Positions 8,227-18,819 are shown, counted from the first letter of the whole stretch. The stretch: 63,998 nucleotides of DNA, filler included, from an uncultured Methanosarcinales archaeon (GCA_964434475.1; 5 parts of 5 records of this genome joined end to end with filler, not necessarily neighbours in it); one strand, 5' to 3'. The notes: generated by a model from the sequence alone, not told the origin. Translations and numbers: made by a program.

Positions 8227-10677
8227 ATGTCTGAAATTATATTTAGTCCCGTATATGTCAATTATAAGATAGTGAATGAAAAGCCAAGAGTTTATCTTTT
8301 TGGAAGGACAGATGATGATATGCAGATAGCTATAGTTGATGACAGTTTTAAGCCATATTTTACTGCTGTTCTTAATGATGACAATGATCTTGAGGAATTT
8401 CAGGAAAAAGTAAAGAAGATAAAGCTTGAAGAGGAGAATGCTTTTGTCATAGATACAGAATTAGTGGACAAGAAATTAGTTGGAAAAGATGTAAAGGCTG
8501 TTAAGATATACTGTAACATGCCTAAATCTGTGCCATCGATAAAAAAAACAATAAAAGAATGGCCTGTTATAAGGAACCTATATGAATATGACCTAAGATT
8601 CGTAAGAAGATATCTGATAGATAATGATATTACTCCTTTAACTAAGCTAAAGGTTGATTGTGAAGAGATAAAGGATAGATTAAAAGTACCTGTGTTTAAA
8701 GCAAAAAGCATTGAAAAAGTAAGCAATGATTCTCCTGAACTTAAAGTAATGGCATTAGATATAGAAACATACAATCCTTCGGGAAAAGAGATTGTTCCAG
8801 AAAAAAATCCTATACTTATGGTAGGATTAAGCGGCAATGGTAATTTCAAAAAAGTTATTACATGGAAAAAGTTTGATACAAAGCTAAAATATGTAGATTT
8901 TGTTAATAATGAAGCAGAATTGCTGTTCAAACTAAGGGATTATATAAATGAGTTTAAGCCAGACATATTGACAGGCTATTATTCTGATGGATTTGATCTT
9001 CCGTATATAATATCCAGAGCAAAACAATTAGGTATTGATTTTGAAGTTGGTCTTGATAACAGCAAACCTAAACAGCAAAAAGGAAGATTTGGTTCTATTG
9101 ATATATTCGGTATAGCGCATATAGATATTTTAAATTTTATCAGGATAATTGTAGGAAGAACATTAAAGACAGACAGTTATAAATTAAATAATGTTGCTGA
9201 AGAATTATTGGGAGAAAGAAAGGATGATGTTGATGTTGAGAATTTAGCAAATGTATGGGATAATGATCCTCAAAGATTAGAAGAATTTTGCAGGTATAAT
9301 CTTCAGGATGCTGTATTGACATATAATCTTTTTTTCAGGTTATTGCCTAATATGGAGGAGATGGTCAAGTTGATTGGTTTGAGTATCTTTGATCTGACAA
9401 GGATGAGCTTTAGCCAATTAGATGAATGGTATATAATTAAGATGTGTCATCAGTATAATGAGATGATACTTAACAAACCAGGTTATCATCAAACAAACGA
9501 AAGGATGACTAGAAGGTTTAAAGGAGCTTTTGTTTTTCAACCAAGTCCTGGATTCTATAAAGATATTGCTGTATTTGATTTCAGAAGCTTATATCCTAGT
9601 ATAATAGTAAGCCACAATATTGGCTTGAGCAGTTTAAATTGTGATTGTGAAGAATGTAAAAAAGAACTTGTTCCTTTAGAAGGGCATAAATTATGGTTCT
9701 GCAAGAACAAGAAAGGGTTTATTCCAAGTATATTAGAGAATCTTATAACAAGAAGGGCGAGAGTAAAGGAAATATTGAAAAAAGACAAGAATAATGTTTT
9801 GCTACAGGCAAGATCAGAAGCATTAAAAGTTTTGGCTAACGCATTCTATGGATATTTAGGATTTTATTCTGCAAGATGGTATTGCTATGATTGCGGTAAC
9901 AGTGTAACAGCTTATGGAAGATATTACATCAACAAAGTTATAAAATCTGCTGAAGAAAATGGTTTTAAAGTTCTTTACGGCGATACAGATAGTATATTTT
10001 TGAGCCTTAAAGGTAAAGATGAAGATGAAGCAATAAATTTTGTAGATAGCATAAATACAGACTTGCCTGGAATGATGGAGCTTGATTACGAAGGATTTTT
10101 TCCTACAGGTATCTTTGTAAGCGCAAAAGCAACAGAAAAAGGAGCAAAGAAAAGATATGCAATGCTTAACAGAGATGGGACATTGAAGATTAGAGGATTT
10201 GAGACAGTAAGAAGGAATGTTAGTTTTATAGCAAAAGAAGTGCAGGAAAATGTGCTTAATATTATTCTTAAGGAACAGGATAATGATAAAGCATTTCAGT
10301 ATGTTAAGCAAGTGATAAAAGATTTGAGAAATAAGACAATAGAAGTTGATAAAGTGGTCATTAGAACTCAATTGACAAAGCCGATCAAAGATTATGGTTC
10401 AATAGGACCTCATGTTTCTGCTGCTATGAGAATGCAAAATAGAGGAGACCATGTTGGACCTGGAAGTATAATCAGATACGTAGTTGGTTCTGGAAAGGGT
10501 GTTATAAGAGATAGGGTTAAATTACCTGATGAGATTATAGACAATGATTATGATTCTGAATATTACATAAACAATCAGATAATTCCTGTTGTTGAGAAAA
10601 TATTTGAGGTTTTTGGCATAACAAAAGATGAATTGCTTCAGGATAAGAAGCAGAGTAAGTTGGGAAGTTTTTTTTAA
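8227..10677 (+). CDS. polB: Family B DNA polymerase (archaeal PolB3-like)
   Basis: Exo LDIET, GFD, YNLQD; pol DFRSLYPS, KVLANAFYG, YGDTDS; C-terminal PIP QSKLGSFF. Confidence 0.97.
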   Translation: MSEIIFSPVYVNYKIVNEKPRVYLFGRTDDDMQIAIVDDSFKPYFTAVLNDDNDLEEFQEKVKKIKLEEENAFVIDTELVDKKLVGKDVKAVKIYCNMPKSVPSIKKTIKEWPVIRNLYEYDLRFVRRYLIDNDITPLTKLKVDCEEIKDRLKVPVFKAKSIEKVSNDSPELKVMALDIETYNPSGKEIVPEKNPILMVGLSGNGNFKKVITWKKFDTKLKYVDFVNNEAELLFKLRDYINEFKPDILTGYYSDGFDLPYIISRAKQLGIDFEVGLDNSKPKQQKGRFGSIDIFGIAHIDILNFIRIIVGRTLKTDSYKLNNVAEELLGERKDDVDVENLANVWDNDPQRLEEFCRYNLQDAVLTYNLFFRLLPNMEEMVKLIGLSIFDLTRMSFSQLDEWYIIKMCHQYNEMILNKPGYHQTNERMTRRFKGAFVFQPSPGFYKDIAVFDFRSLYPSIIVSHNIGLSSLNCDCEECKKELVPLEGHKLWFCKNKKGFIPSILENLITRRARVKEILKKDKNNVLLQARSEALKVLANAFYGYLGFYSARWYCYDCGNSVTAYGRYYINKVIKSAEENGFKVLYGDTDSIFLSLKGKDEDEAINFVDSINTDLPGMMELDYEGFFPTGIFVSAKATEKGAKKRYAMLNRDGTLKIRGFETVRRNVSFIAKEVQENVLNIILKEQDNDKAFQYVKQVIKDLRNKTIEVDKVVIRTQLTKPIKDYGSIGPHVSAAMRMQNRGDHVGPGSIIRYVVGSGKGVIRDRVKLPDEIIDNDYDSEYYINNQIIPVVEKIFEVFGITKDELLQDKKQSKLGSFF

Positions 10678-10807
10678 TACTTCAAAACATATATCACTAT
10701 ATATACTTTTTTATAAATAAGTTGCAATCCATTTTTCATAAAAGTACGTTCTTTTAGGGTAAGATTTATATATTTGTAAATATATAGTACTTATAAAGTA
10801 TATTTTT

Positions 10808-11137
10808 GTGGGGGTAGCCAAAGTGGAAGAAGAAGATAGTGTACAATTAGGCGGAAACATAACATTAAGCGGCTTTAGAGATATAGATGGCGGCAGTAAA
10901 GTTATTCTGAGAAAGATCGTAGGAAGCTATGCCAGAAAATTCTCTGATAATCTACAACAATTTGAACAGCTGCAATTAGCTATGAAAACTGTGCATGAGA
11001 CAGAGAACAGCAAGAAGTTTGAGATAAAAGGCAAAGTTTTAGACAACGGCCAAGTTACAACTAGTGAAATTGTTGATAGAAACTTGTTTGTCGCAGTTGA
11101 TTCTGCATTAAAAAAGCTTGAAAACGCTTTCAAATAA
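10808..11137 (+). CDS. Putative HPF/RaiA-fold ribosome-associated protein
   Basis: C-terminal DRNLFVAVDSALKKLE resembles the HPF last helix; beta-alpha-beta-beta-beta-alpha pattern. Confidence 0.55.
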   Translation: MGVAKVEEEDSVQLGGNITLSGFRDIDGGSKVILRKIVGSYARKFSDNLQQFEQLQLAMKTVHETENSKKFEIKGKVLDNGQVTTSEIVDRNLFVAVDSALKKLENAFK

Positions 11138-11266
11138 AATATTTTATTTTTTAAATTATATGTATTTAGTTATTTAGAGTAATTTTCTATTATTTATCTG
11201 ATTTTTTTGTTCTAATCCTACATAAATACATAAATCTTTAAAAATTCCAACATAAATCGTCTTAAT

Positions 11267-12460
11267 ATGAACATACAATGCCTAAAATGCAAAGGAAGAC
11301 TATTTTGCGGCAGAAAAGTATGTCCTATAAGGGCAAAAGTGAATAGCCAAAAAAAAGTTAACCTTAATTCTAAGCAGGATTATTTTGGCAAATCACCTAA
11401 CGTATTTATCGGAAGATATGGATATCCTAACATAAACATAGGAATTTTAGGTACAGAACAATACAATAATCACGATAATGTTCCAGTATGGAGCAAAGAA
11501 AACTATAAAATCGGAAGGATAATAGATTTAAGAACACAATTGATAAATTCCAATTTTTCTATGAATGTCAAAAATTTCAAAAACAGATTTTTTGATATAA
11601 GCCAAGAGATTTCTATGGCAAATAAACCGACAGATGTTGAGGTAAATCTCAAAGATAAACCTCAATTTACCATCAATCTTAATCAAGATGTTACTCCGCA
11701 TGGAGCTAATATTGAGTTAAAAAAAGTAAGGATTACAGAAAATCCTCATATTCCTACTAAGATACAAAAAGTTGTAGATGATACAGATTTCAAGGCAAAT
11801 GATGCATTGATAAAGCTATACAGCAAAGATTTTGATGAGCATTATCTTACTAGATTATTATCAGTTGGCAATCTGGGTGTTAAAAAACAAAGAAAACTTG
11901 TTCCTACACGATGGAGTATTACTGCTGTAGATGATAATGTTGGCAAACATATAATAAAGGAAATAAAAGATTATAACAATAAGCTAGGGTATTGTGTTTT
12001 TTTTGGTTCGCACTTAGGCAATTATTATCTTATTATGACTTTTCCTGATGTATGGAGTTATGAATTGTTTGAGACGCATGTAAGATCAACAAGCTTCTCT
12101 ACAGATGTTGAAGGATACACAGGAAGAAAAACATATGCTCAAGAAACAGCAGGAGGGTATTATTCTGTTAGATTAGCGATATTAGAAAAATTGAAAGAGA
12201 TGAAAAGACAGGCAAAAATCATAACATTAAGGTTTATAACAGATGAGTACTGGGCACCATTAGGGGTGTGGGTGACAAGAGAAGCTGCAAGAGATGCTAT
12301 GAAAAGCAAACCAGTGGAATTTAGTGATAAAGAGCTTATGTTGAAATATGTTAAGGCGCTTATCAGAAAAAAATTAGGATATAATGTGGATAATCTATTG
12401 AACTATTCTAAATTATTAAAAGAAGTGAAGACACAGAAAAAAGTGTGGGAGTTTATTTAG
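11267..12460 (+). CDS. nreA: Archaeal DNA repair protein Nre
   Basis: CLKCKGRLFCG..CP zinc motif, RKLVPTRWSITAVD, APLGVW, C-terminal PIP-like QKKVWEF. Confidence 0.92.
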   Translation: MNIQCLKCKGRLFCGRKVCPIRAKVNSQKKVNLNSKQDYFGKSPNVFIGRYGYPNINIGILGTEQYNNHDNVPVWSKENYKIGRIIDLRTQLINSNFSMNVKNFKNRFFDISQEISMANKPTDVEVNLKDKPQFTINLNQDVTPHGANIELKKVRITENPHIPTKIQKVVDDTDFKANDALIKLYSKDFDEHYLTRLLSVGNLGVKKQRKLVPTRWSITAVDDNVGKHIIKEIKDYNNKLGYCVFFGSHLGNYYLIMTFPDVWSYELFETHVRSTSFSTDVEGYTGRKTYAQETAGGYYSVRLAILEKLKEMKRQAKIITLRFITDEYWAPLGVWVTREAARDAMKSKPVEFSDKELMLKYVKALIRKKLGYNVDNLLNYSKLLKEVKTQKKVWEFI

Positions 12461-12663
12461 AATACTTTAGCTTATCTTGATAGATTTCTTTTTTATTATA
12501 ACCAAAGTAGATATCAATAATACTTTTAGCATTTTCTCTAGTTATATACTCAGGAATATCTTTTTTGTTTTTTATTTCATCATCACTAATATCATCTATG
12601 CTATCCATAATTATTAATATTAGTATTTAGACTTTATAATTATTGTCTATATGTTGTATTTAC

Positions 12664-13017
12664 CTAATTAATACTCTTTTTTTTGTAATATACTTTAATA
12701 TTTGATATTGGATTAAATTTGTTCATAGAATAATCTTTTTTTACTGATGCATTCTTTATATCCTTGCATCTATCATAAAGCTCATCTGTTTTTCTCATGA
12801 GACGATTATTAAGCATGGTAGGAGATGCCATTCCTGAACTGCCAATAGAATAAGATTTATCATCTAGCTTTCCTCTGAAAAATACCGTATAATATTCTCT
12901 GGATGATTTGGGTTTTTCAACAAAACTATCAATCTCAAGATATATTTTAGATTCGGGATTATTATCTAGCTTGAACTTAATATCCTCTAATATCTTGTCC
13001 ATAGTTTCATCTGCCAT
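12664..13017 (-). CDS. Hypothetical protein
   Basis: ORF; likely start MADETM at 13017. Confidence 0.6.
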   Translation of the reverse strand: MADETMDKILEDIKFKLDNNPESKIYLEIDSFVEKPKSSREYYTVFFRGKLDDKSYSIGSSGMASPTMLNNRLMRKTDELYDRCKDIKNASVKKDYSMNKFNPISNIKVYYKKKSIN

Positions 13018-13159
13018 AAAATAAACAAATAAAGGCAAAGATATAAATTTATCCTTTATAGAATATATGCTGTATAATAGGTATTGAAGGAAATTCCTTT
13101 AGTTTAATATATTCTTAATAATAAAAACATTTATTAATGCGATTTAATTTGTTAAATTT

Positions 13160-13759
13160 ATGACAGAAAACAAGAATGAAAATTATGAAGGACCATATGG
13201 TATGAATATATTTTTTCCAGAAGCACAGAAAAAACAAGGCATAAAATTTCCTGAAAAAGATGAAAATCATACTTTTTATCTTAAGAACGGTTCATTCGTT
13301 AATTTCATGTATGGCGGAGATGTACCCGAATATATACGCAAGGATCCTGAGATTGCAAAAAGATTACCTAATCCTCGTGAAACAGTAATCAGTGATGTAA
13401 CATCAATTGAAGATATACTTTCAGAATTACGAGAAAAAGCTAGTTTAGGAGAGTTCAGCACAACTGTTTATTGCAATAAGAATAAAAAAGGAATTTACTT
13501 ATTCTATGATTATAGTGCTATAGAAGGTATGCCAAGAGAATTTTTCAAGCACATTTTTCCTTTCAAAAAAATACCTATAGAAGTACTTGACAAAAAATAC
13601 CATAAGATGAAAGTACTTTCTGAATATGTTAAAGAAAGATCTGTGCCGTTCATAGTAGGAAATACCTTGCGTGAAGCAGCATCAAGAGCGATGGAAATCT
13701 ATGGGATGGAAACAGAAATACTGGAAGCAAGTAAATTATTTAAATTCTTATTAAAATAA
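13160..13759 (+). CDS. Hypothetical protein
   Basis: 199-aa ORF with TATA-like box about 28 nt upstream. Confidence 0.7.
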   Translation: MTENKNENYEGPYGMNIFFPEAQKKQGIKFPEKDENHTFYLKNGSFVNFMYGGDVPEYIRKDPEIAKRLPNPRETVISDVTSIEDILSELREKASLGEFSTTVYCNKNKKGIYLFYDYSAIEGMPREFFKHIFPFKKIPIEVLDKKYHKMKVLSEYVKERSVPFIVGNTLREAASRAMEIYGMETEILEASKLFKFLLK

Positions 13760-13769
13760 GTTAAAAGAA

Positions 13770-14081
13770 CTAGTTCTTCTTAACAACAATCTTATTTAAC
13801 CATTTTTTTACCCTTACGGTATTGTATTTTTTAAGTTCATCAATCAATTTTTTTATAGTTTGCTTTTCTTGATAATGCAATTCAGTATCTTCAAGATTAC
13901 CTGCCTTGCAAGTAAACTTTTTACCTGCAAAATAAATATTCATATCATAAGTTTTTACATTGCTTGGTAATCTTTTATCCTGTTTCCTGCTCTTGATCAT
14001 ATCCCATTTTATTATAATCTTGCCAGAGTCATAAACCTCAAAAAGAACTCTTTCTATAATTGGATCTAATTCATTTTTCAT
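13770..14081 (-). CDS. Hypothetical protein coupled to alaS
   Basis: ATGA overlap with the alaS stop. Confidence 0.65.
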   Translation of the reverse strand: MKNELDPIIERVLFEVYDSGKIIIKWDMIKSRKQDKRLPSNVKTYDMNIYFAGKKFTCKAGNLEDTELHYQEKQTIKKLIDELKKYNTVRVKKWLNKIVVKKN

Positions 14082-15838
14082 TCCAAAACAGCCTTTATTC
14101 TCCTTACACCAGCTGCAGAAGACTGCTCTTTCTTTATCCTAAAATGACCTAATTCTTTTGTATTATCAACATGAGGTCCGCCACATATTTCCAAAGAAAA
14201 ATTCCTTATCTTATAGACAAATACCTTTTGATCATATTTACTTTCAAATTCAGCCTGTGCGCCTAATTTTCTAGCCTCTTCAAAAGTCATCTCTAATTTT
14301 TCTACAGGAATAGCTTCCTGTATCTTCTTGTTTACCAGATCCTCAACAGCTTTTTTCTCATCATCTGTAAGTTTACGTCCAAAATTAAAGTCAAACCTTA
14401 GTCTTTCTGCTGTGATGTTGCTGCCTTTTTGTTTTATGTTTTCATCACCCAGCACTTTCCTTAATGCTTCTCCTACCAGATGGGTTGCAGTATGCAGTTT
14501 TTTTGTAGCTTCAGAAGAATCCGCTAATCCGCCTTTGAACTTTTGTTCAGCCCCTTTTCTGCTTAATTCCTGATGTTTCTTATATTCCTTATCAAAACCT
14601 TTTGAATCAACATCAACATCAAGCTCTCCAGCTATCTCTTCTATCATCTCTATAGGAAAACCATAACTCTGAAACAATAAGAAAGCGTCTTTTGAATTTA
14701 TCTTCTTTTTTTCTTTAACTATCTTATGCAGTTCACGCATACCTTTTTCCAAGGTTTTTGCAAATTTATCTTCTTCTTTGATTAGTTCGTTTATCATGAA
14801 TTCTTTTTTATCTTTAAGCATAGGAAACATATCTTGGTAGATATTTATTACAATCTTTGCAAGATTAGCTACAACTACATCATCAATATCTAATGTTTTT
14901 GCATTACGCACAACCCTTCTTATGAATCTTCTTAATATATAGCCTTGATCAACCTTTCCTGGAGTTACTCCTCTTTCATCACCAAGTATAAATACTGCTG
15001 CTCTGATATGGTCTGCTATTACTCTCATTGTCTTGATATTATCTTCATATTTTTTCTCAGATAATTTCTCTAATTCTTCAACTATAGGCCAAAATAATTC
15101 AGTCTTATAGTTGTCATCAAGCCCTTGCATTACTGCTACAACCCTTTCTACACCTAAGCCAGTATCAATATTCTTGACTTTCAATTCATTATAGCTGCCA
15201 TCCTTCTGCTTATCATACTGCATAAATACATCGTTCCATATCTCGACCCATCTCTTGTCTTCAGGATCAAATTTTTTAGGAGCTTCTTCCTTGCCTACCC
15301 AATAGAACATCTCTGTGTCTGGTCCGCATGGTCCAATTTCACCAGCAGGTCCCCACCAGTTGTCTTCTTTAGGTAAAAAGGTGATACGCTCTTTTGGCAC
15401 TCCTAATCCCTGCCACATATTTGAAGCTTCTTCATCTTTAGGGACATCTTTATCGCCTTCAAAACATGTGAAAGCTAACTTGTTTAAGGGTATGTTCAAC
15501 CATTTCTCGCTTGTCAAAAATTCAAAGCTAAACTTTATAGCTTCTTTCTTAAAATAATCTCCTAAAGACCAGTTGCCAAGCATCAAAAAGAACGTATGGT
15601 GGGTTGCATCACCTACTTCATCTATATCGCCGGTTCTAACGCACTTTTGTACATCTACAAGCCTTTTGCCTTCTGGATGCGGCTGACCCATAAGATAAGG
15701 TACAAGAGGATGCATGCCAGCTGTCGTGAATAATACAGTAGGATCATGCTCTGGTATCAAAGGAGCAGAAAGTATTTCAATATGCCCTTTTTCCTTGAAA
15801 AATTCAATATATTTCTTGATTAGGTCTTTTGCTTGCAT
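14078..15838 (-). CDS. alaS: Alanyl-tRNA synthetase, compact form lacking C-Ala
   Basis: FTTAGM, QKCVR, GPCGP, EIWNDVF, IDTGLGVER, HTATH, CGGPH, GVRRIKA. Confidence 0.96.
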   Translation of the reverse strand: MQAKDLIKKYIEFFKEKGHIEILSAPLIPEHDPTVLFTTAGMHPLVPYLMGQPHPEGKRLVDVQKCVRTGDIDEVGDATHHTFFLMLGNWSLGDYFKKEAIKFSFEFLTSEKWLNIPLNKLAFTCFEGDKDVPKDEEASNMWQGLGVPKERITFLPKEDNWWGPAGEIGPCGPDTEMFYWVGKEEAPKKFDPEDKRWVEIWNDVFMQYDKQKDGSYNELKVKNIDTGLGVERVVAVMQGLDDNYKTELFWPIVEELEKLSEKKYEDNIKTMRVIADHIRAAVFILGDERGVTPGKVDQGYILRRFIRRVVRNAKTLDIDDVVVANLAKIVINIYQDMFPMLKDKKEFMINELIKEEDKFAKTLEKGMRELHKIVKEKKKINSKDAFLLFQSYGFPIEMIEEIAGELDVDVDSKGFDKEYKKHQELSRKGAEQKFKGGLADSSEATKKLHTATHLVGEALRKVLGDENIKQKGSNITAERLRFDFNFGRKLTDDEKKAVEDLVNKKIQEAIPVEKLEMTFEEARKLGAQAEFESKYDQKVFVYKIRNFSLEICGGPHVDNTKELGHFRIKKEQSSAAGVRRIKAVLE

Positions 15839-15890
15839 AAGAAAAGTGAAAAATATGAAGTTTAAAAGGTTTTTGGTAATTTTTAAAAGA

Positions 15891-15944
15891 TGTACGATTT
15901 GAAAATTCTTGCAATTTCTATATTTATTAATTTTGCAATATTTT
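15891..15944. repeat. Contig-terminal repeat starting TGTACG (probable end of an unassembled repeat or IS)
   Basis: Exact reverse complement of 31641-31694. Confidence 0.75.
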
Positions 15945-16044
15945 NNNNNNNNNNNNNNNNNNNNNNNNNNNNNNNNNNNNNNNNNNNNTTAATTAATTAA
16001 NNNNNNNNNNNNNNNNNNNNNNNNNNNNNNNNNNNNNNNNNNNN
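15945..16044. other. Artificial contig linker
   Basis: N44-TTAATTAATTAA-N44. Confidence 0.98.
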
Positions 16045-16314
16045 CAACTACCTAATTTTTTCGGTTTTTAGAAAAATCTGCACAACTCCAGTAAAATAAA
16101 TAAAGAAAATGGATTACTGATCGTTCTTTTCAATGCAGAAAGATATAATCCTATATATAATATAGTAACAGAAAATTACAATATAAGCTTTTACAAAAAC
16201 CCTATAGACATTGAATCAGACAATGTTGTTGGAATCATAAATCCCACCATAGATGACGTTCTTAAATATGTAGACAAGTATAAACAGATACAAAAGCTAG
16301 AAAAACAAGTTATC

Positions 16315-16947
16315 TTAAAATAAATCCTTGCCTTCCCATTCTAAATAAAACTGTTTAAGGTATTGCTCTATAAACTCATGCCTTTGCTCTGCCATCTTCT
16401 TTCCAAATTCTGTGTTCATCTTATCCTTTAGCAATAATAATTTTTCATAGAAATGATTAATTGCGTGATCTTTTTCTTTTGTCCTGTTGTCAAGATTAAC
16501 AGTAGGATCATATATCCCTCTCTTAACATATCCGCTGTAAGAAAAACATCTTGCAATTCCTATTGCACCCAATGCATCCAACCTATCAGCATCTTGCACT
16601 ACTTTGGCTTCTATTGTTTTTGGTACTAATCCTTTACTGAATGATACAGAACTAATAACATCGCAAACCTTATTGATAAGATCAGAATCTACATCCAAAC
16701 TTTCAAGAAATTCTGTTGCTACTCTTGGTCCAACAGAATGATCATCATTATGAAACTTATGATCTGCAATATCATGCAGCAAAGCACTCAATTCAACAAC
16801 AAACATATCCGCATCCTCTTTTTCTGCAATAATTTTTGCTGCTTTCCAAACTCTATAAACATGCCACCAATCATGTCCTGTGGACTCATTCATCATCTTA
16901 TTCTTTACATATTCAGCTGTTTTTTGAATGATATCTTTATCGTACAT
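16315..16947 (-). CDS. HD-domain phosphohydrolase (YedJ-like)
   Basis: GHDWWHVYRV, ALLHDIAD, VQDADRLDALGAIG, HFYEKLL; likely start 16947. Confidence 0.9.
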   Translation of the reverse strand: MYDKDIIQKTAEYVKNKMMNESTGHDWWHVYRVWKAAKIIAEKEDADMFVVELSALLHDIADHKFHNDDHSVGPRVATEFLESLDVDSDLINKVCDVISSVSFSKGLVPKTIEAKVVQDADRLDALGAIGIARCFSYSGYVKRGIYDPTVNLDNRTKEKDHAINHFYEKLLLLKDKMNTEFGKKMAEQRHEFIEQYLKQFYLEWEGKDLF

Positions 16948-17005
16948 AAAATAAGAAAAAAAGAGCAAGTATAAATAAATATTGAAAAAATAAAAAATAA
17001 TCAAT

Positions 17006-17053
17006 AAAAATTCCTAAAATCTAACTACCAGCCGTAGCAAGCAACGAGGTATA
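17006..17053. repeat. Dispersed palindromic element, copy 2
   Basis: aaaaattcctaaaatctaactaccagcCGTAGCaaGCAACGaggtata; similar to 7399-7445. Confidence 0.7.
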
Positions 17054-17068
17054 AAATCCAGTTTGTAA

Positions 17069-17218
17069 TCAATAGCTAAATACCATTGATGAAGTAATCT
17101 TATCGTGCAATCCTTGCTTACTTTTATTAGTAGCTATCATAATAGCACTTACCAAAGCAAAAATAATCGCAACTACGGGGATAAAAGCTATAAAGATACC
17201 ATAAAAGATAAATCTACG
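17069..17218 (-). pseudogene. C-terminal remnant of an RDD-family membrane protein
   Basis: RRFIFYGIFIAFIPVVAIIFALVSAIMIATNKSKQGLHDKITSSMVFSY*; QGLHDK is the RDD C-terminal signature; in-frame stop directly upstream. Confidence 0.6.
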
Positions 17219-17253
17219 TTAAATATATAAACACACATTTTAATTATCTAATT

Positions 17254-18819
17254 ATGCCTGAAAATACAATAAAAATACCTCAGATTACTGATGATCCTAC
17301 TATAAATCTAGCTTTAGACACCATTAAGTTAGGCAAGCAAGCCATAATATTTGCGAATTCTAAAAGAAGCGCTGAAAAGACAGCAGAAGAAATATCTAAA
17401 AAAATTAAAGACATAAGCTTAAACGAACTTTCTGAAAAAATATTGCATGGACTTAGCAGACCAACAAAACAATGCGAAAGATTGTCAAAATGCGTAAAGA
17501 AAGGCATAGCATTCCATCACGCAGGCATAACTATGAAACAAAGAGAATTGATTGAGGACTATTTTAGGGAAGGCAAGATAAAGATAATAGCTGCAACTCC
17601 GACACTAGCTGCAGGTGTAGATCTTCCAGCATTCAGGACAATATTGAAAAGTCTAAGAAGATACGGGATGCACGGACTAAACTGGATCCCTACATTAGAA
17701 TATCTGCAAATGGCAGGACGTGCAGGAAGGCCAAGCTATGATAAAGAAGGCGAAGCTATCGCAATAGCAAACACAGAAAAAGCAAAAGAAGAGATAGAAT
17801 TAAGATATGTTTATGGCGAACCAGAAGAAATATATAGTAAATTAGCGGTTGAACCAGTGTTAAGAACTTATGTATTAAGCTTGATAGCAACAAATTTCGT
17901 AAACTCAAAAGAGCAGTTGATAAAATTCTTCGAAAAAACATTCTGGGCGCAGCAATATAAAGACACATTCAAACTTATAACTACTATAGAAAAGATGATA
18001 GAACTGTTAAAAGATTTTGAATTTATTAGAAGCGAAAAAAAGAAATCAATGTTTCAGTCAGCATTTGACCTTGAGCAAGATGAGAAATACAAAGCTACAC
18101 CATTAGGAATAAGGGTTGCGCAATTATATATAGATCCATTGACTGCAAATAAGATTATTGAAAGCGTAAAAAGAGCAGAACAAAAAGACATCAACATATT
18201 CTCATTCCTGCAAATGATATCTCATACTCTAGAGATGCGTCCTTTATTGAAAGTCAAGGTAAAAGAATTGCAGGATATACAGCAAGAGCATCTTAAAGTT
18301 CACGATTTTATATTAGAAGAAGAACCAAAACAATATGACATGGAATACGAAGAATTTTTAGCAAGCCTAAAGACAGCATTGATGTTAAAAGATTGGTGTG
18401 GAGAGAATTCTGAAGAGATTTTACTGGAAAAATACGGCATAAGACCTGGAGAACTGAATGCCAAGCTACATAATGCTGATTGGCTGTTGTATGCTGCAGA
18501 AGAACTTACTAGGATAATGAAAAAACAGAAACTGCTGAAGGAAATAAGCAAAACAAGATACAGACTCAAATATGGAGTAAAAGAAGAACTTATACCATTG
18601 TTGGAACTGCAAGGCATAGGGCGAGTAAGAGCAAGAAAACTTAATAACAACAGACTTAGAAATCTTGGTGATCTGAAAAAAACAGACATAAACACATTAG
18701 CTCAAATAGTCGGAAAGAAATTAGCCATAAACATAAAAGAACAGCTTGGTCAAAGCATAGACAAGATAAAAGTAAAAGAAAGAAAAAGAAAAGGCCAAAT
18801 CAGTCTGTTGGATTATTGA
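17254..18819 (+). CDS. Hel308/Ski2-like helicase, C-terminal portion only (RecA2, winged helix, ratchet, HhH)
   Basis: IFANSKR, GIAFHHAG, ATPTLAAGVDLPA, QMAGRAGRP, GIGRVRARKL; no Walker A or DExH. Confidence 0.88.
   Translation: MPENTIKIPQITDDPTINLALDTIKLGKQAIIFANSKRSAEKTAEEISKKIKDISLNELSEKILHGLSRPTKQCERLSKCVKKGIAFHHAGITMKQRELIEDYFREGKIKIIAATPTLAAGVDLPAFRTILKSLRRYGMHGLNWIPTLEYLQMAGRAGRPSYDKEGEAIAIANTEKAKEEIELRYVYGEPEEIYSKLAVEPVLRTYVLSLIATNFVNSKEQLIKFFEKTFWAQQYKDTFKLITTIEKMIELLKDFEFIRSEKKKSMFQSAFDLEQDEKYKATPLGIRVAQLYIDPLTANKIIESVKRAEQKDINIFSFLQMISHTLEMRPLLKVKVKELQDIQQEHLKVHDFILEEEPKQYDMEYEEFLASLKTALMLKDWCGENSEEILLEKYGIRPGELNAKLHNADWLLYAAEELTRIMKKQKLLKEISKTRYRLKYGVKEELIPLLELQGIGRVRARKLNNNRLRNLGDLKKTDINTLAQIVGKKLAINIKEQLGQSIDKIKVKERKRKGQISLLDY

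Noticed and set aside
12643..12658. Partial NrdR-box-like sequence CTATATGTTGT
   Set aside because: Flanks do not match and no nucleotide-metabolism gene is adjacent
14078..15838. Short AlaRS as a possible pseudogene
   Set aside because: Frame and motifs are intact; compact AlaRS forms are known in reduced genomes
15945..16044. TTAATTAATTAA palindrome inside N runs (four occurrences)
   Set aside because: Artificial all-frame-stop contig linker
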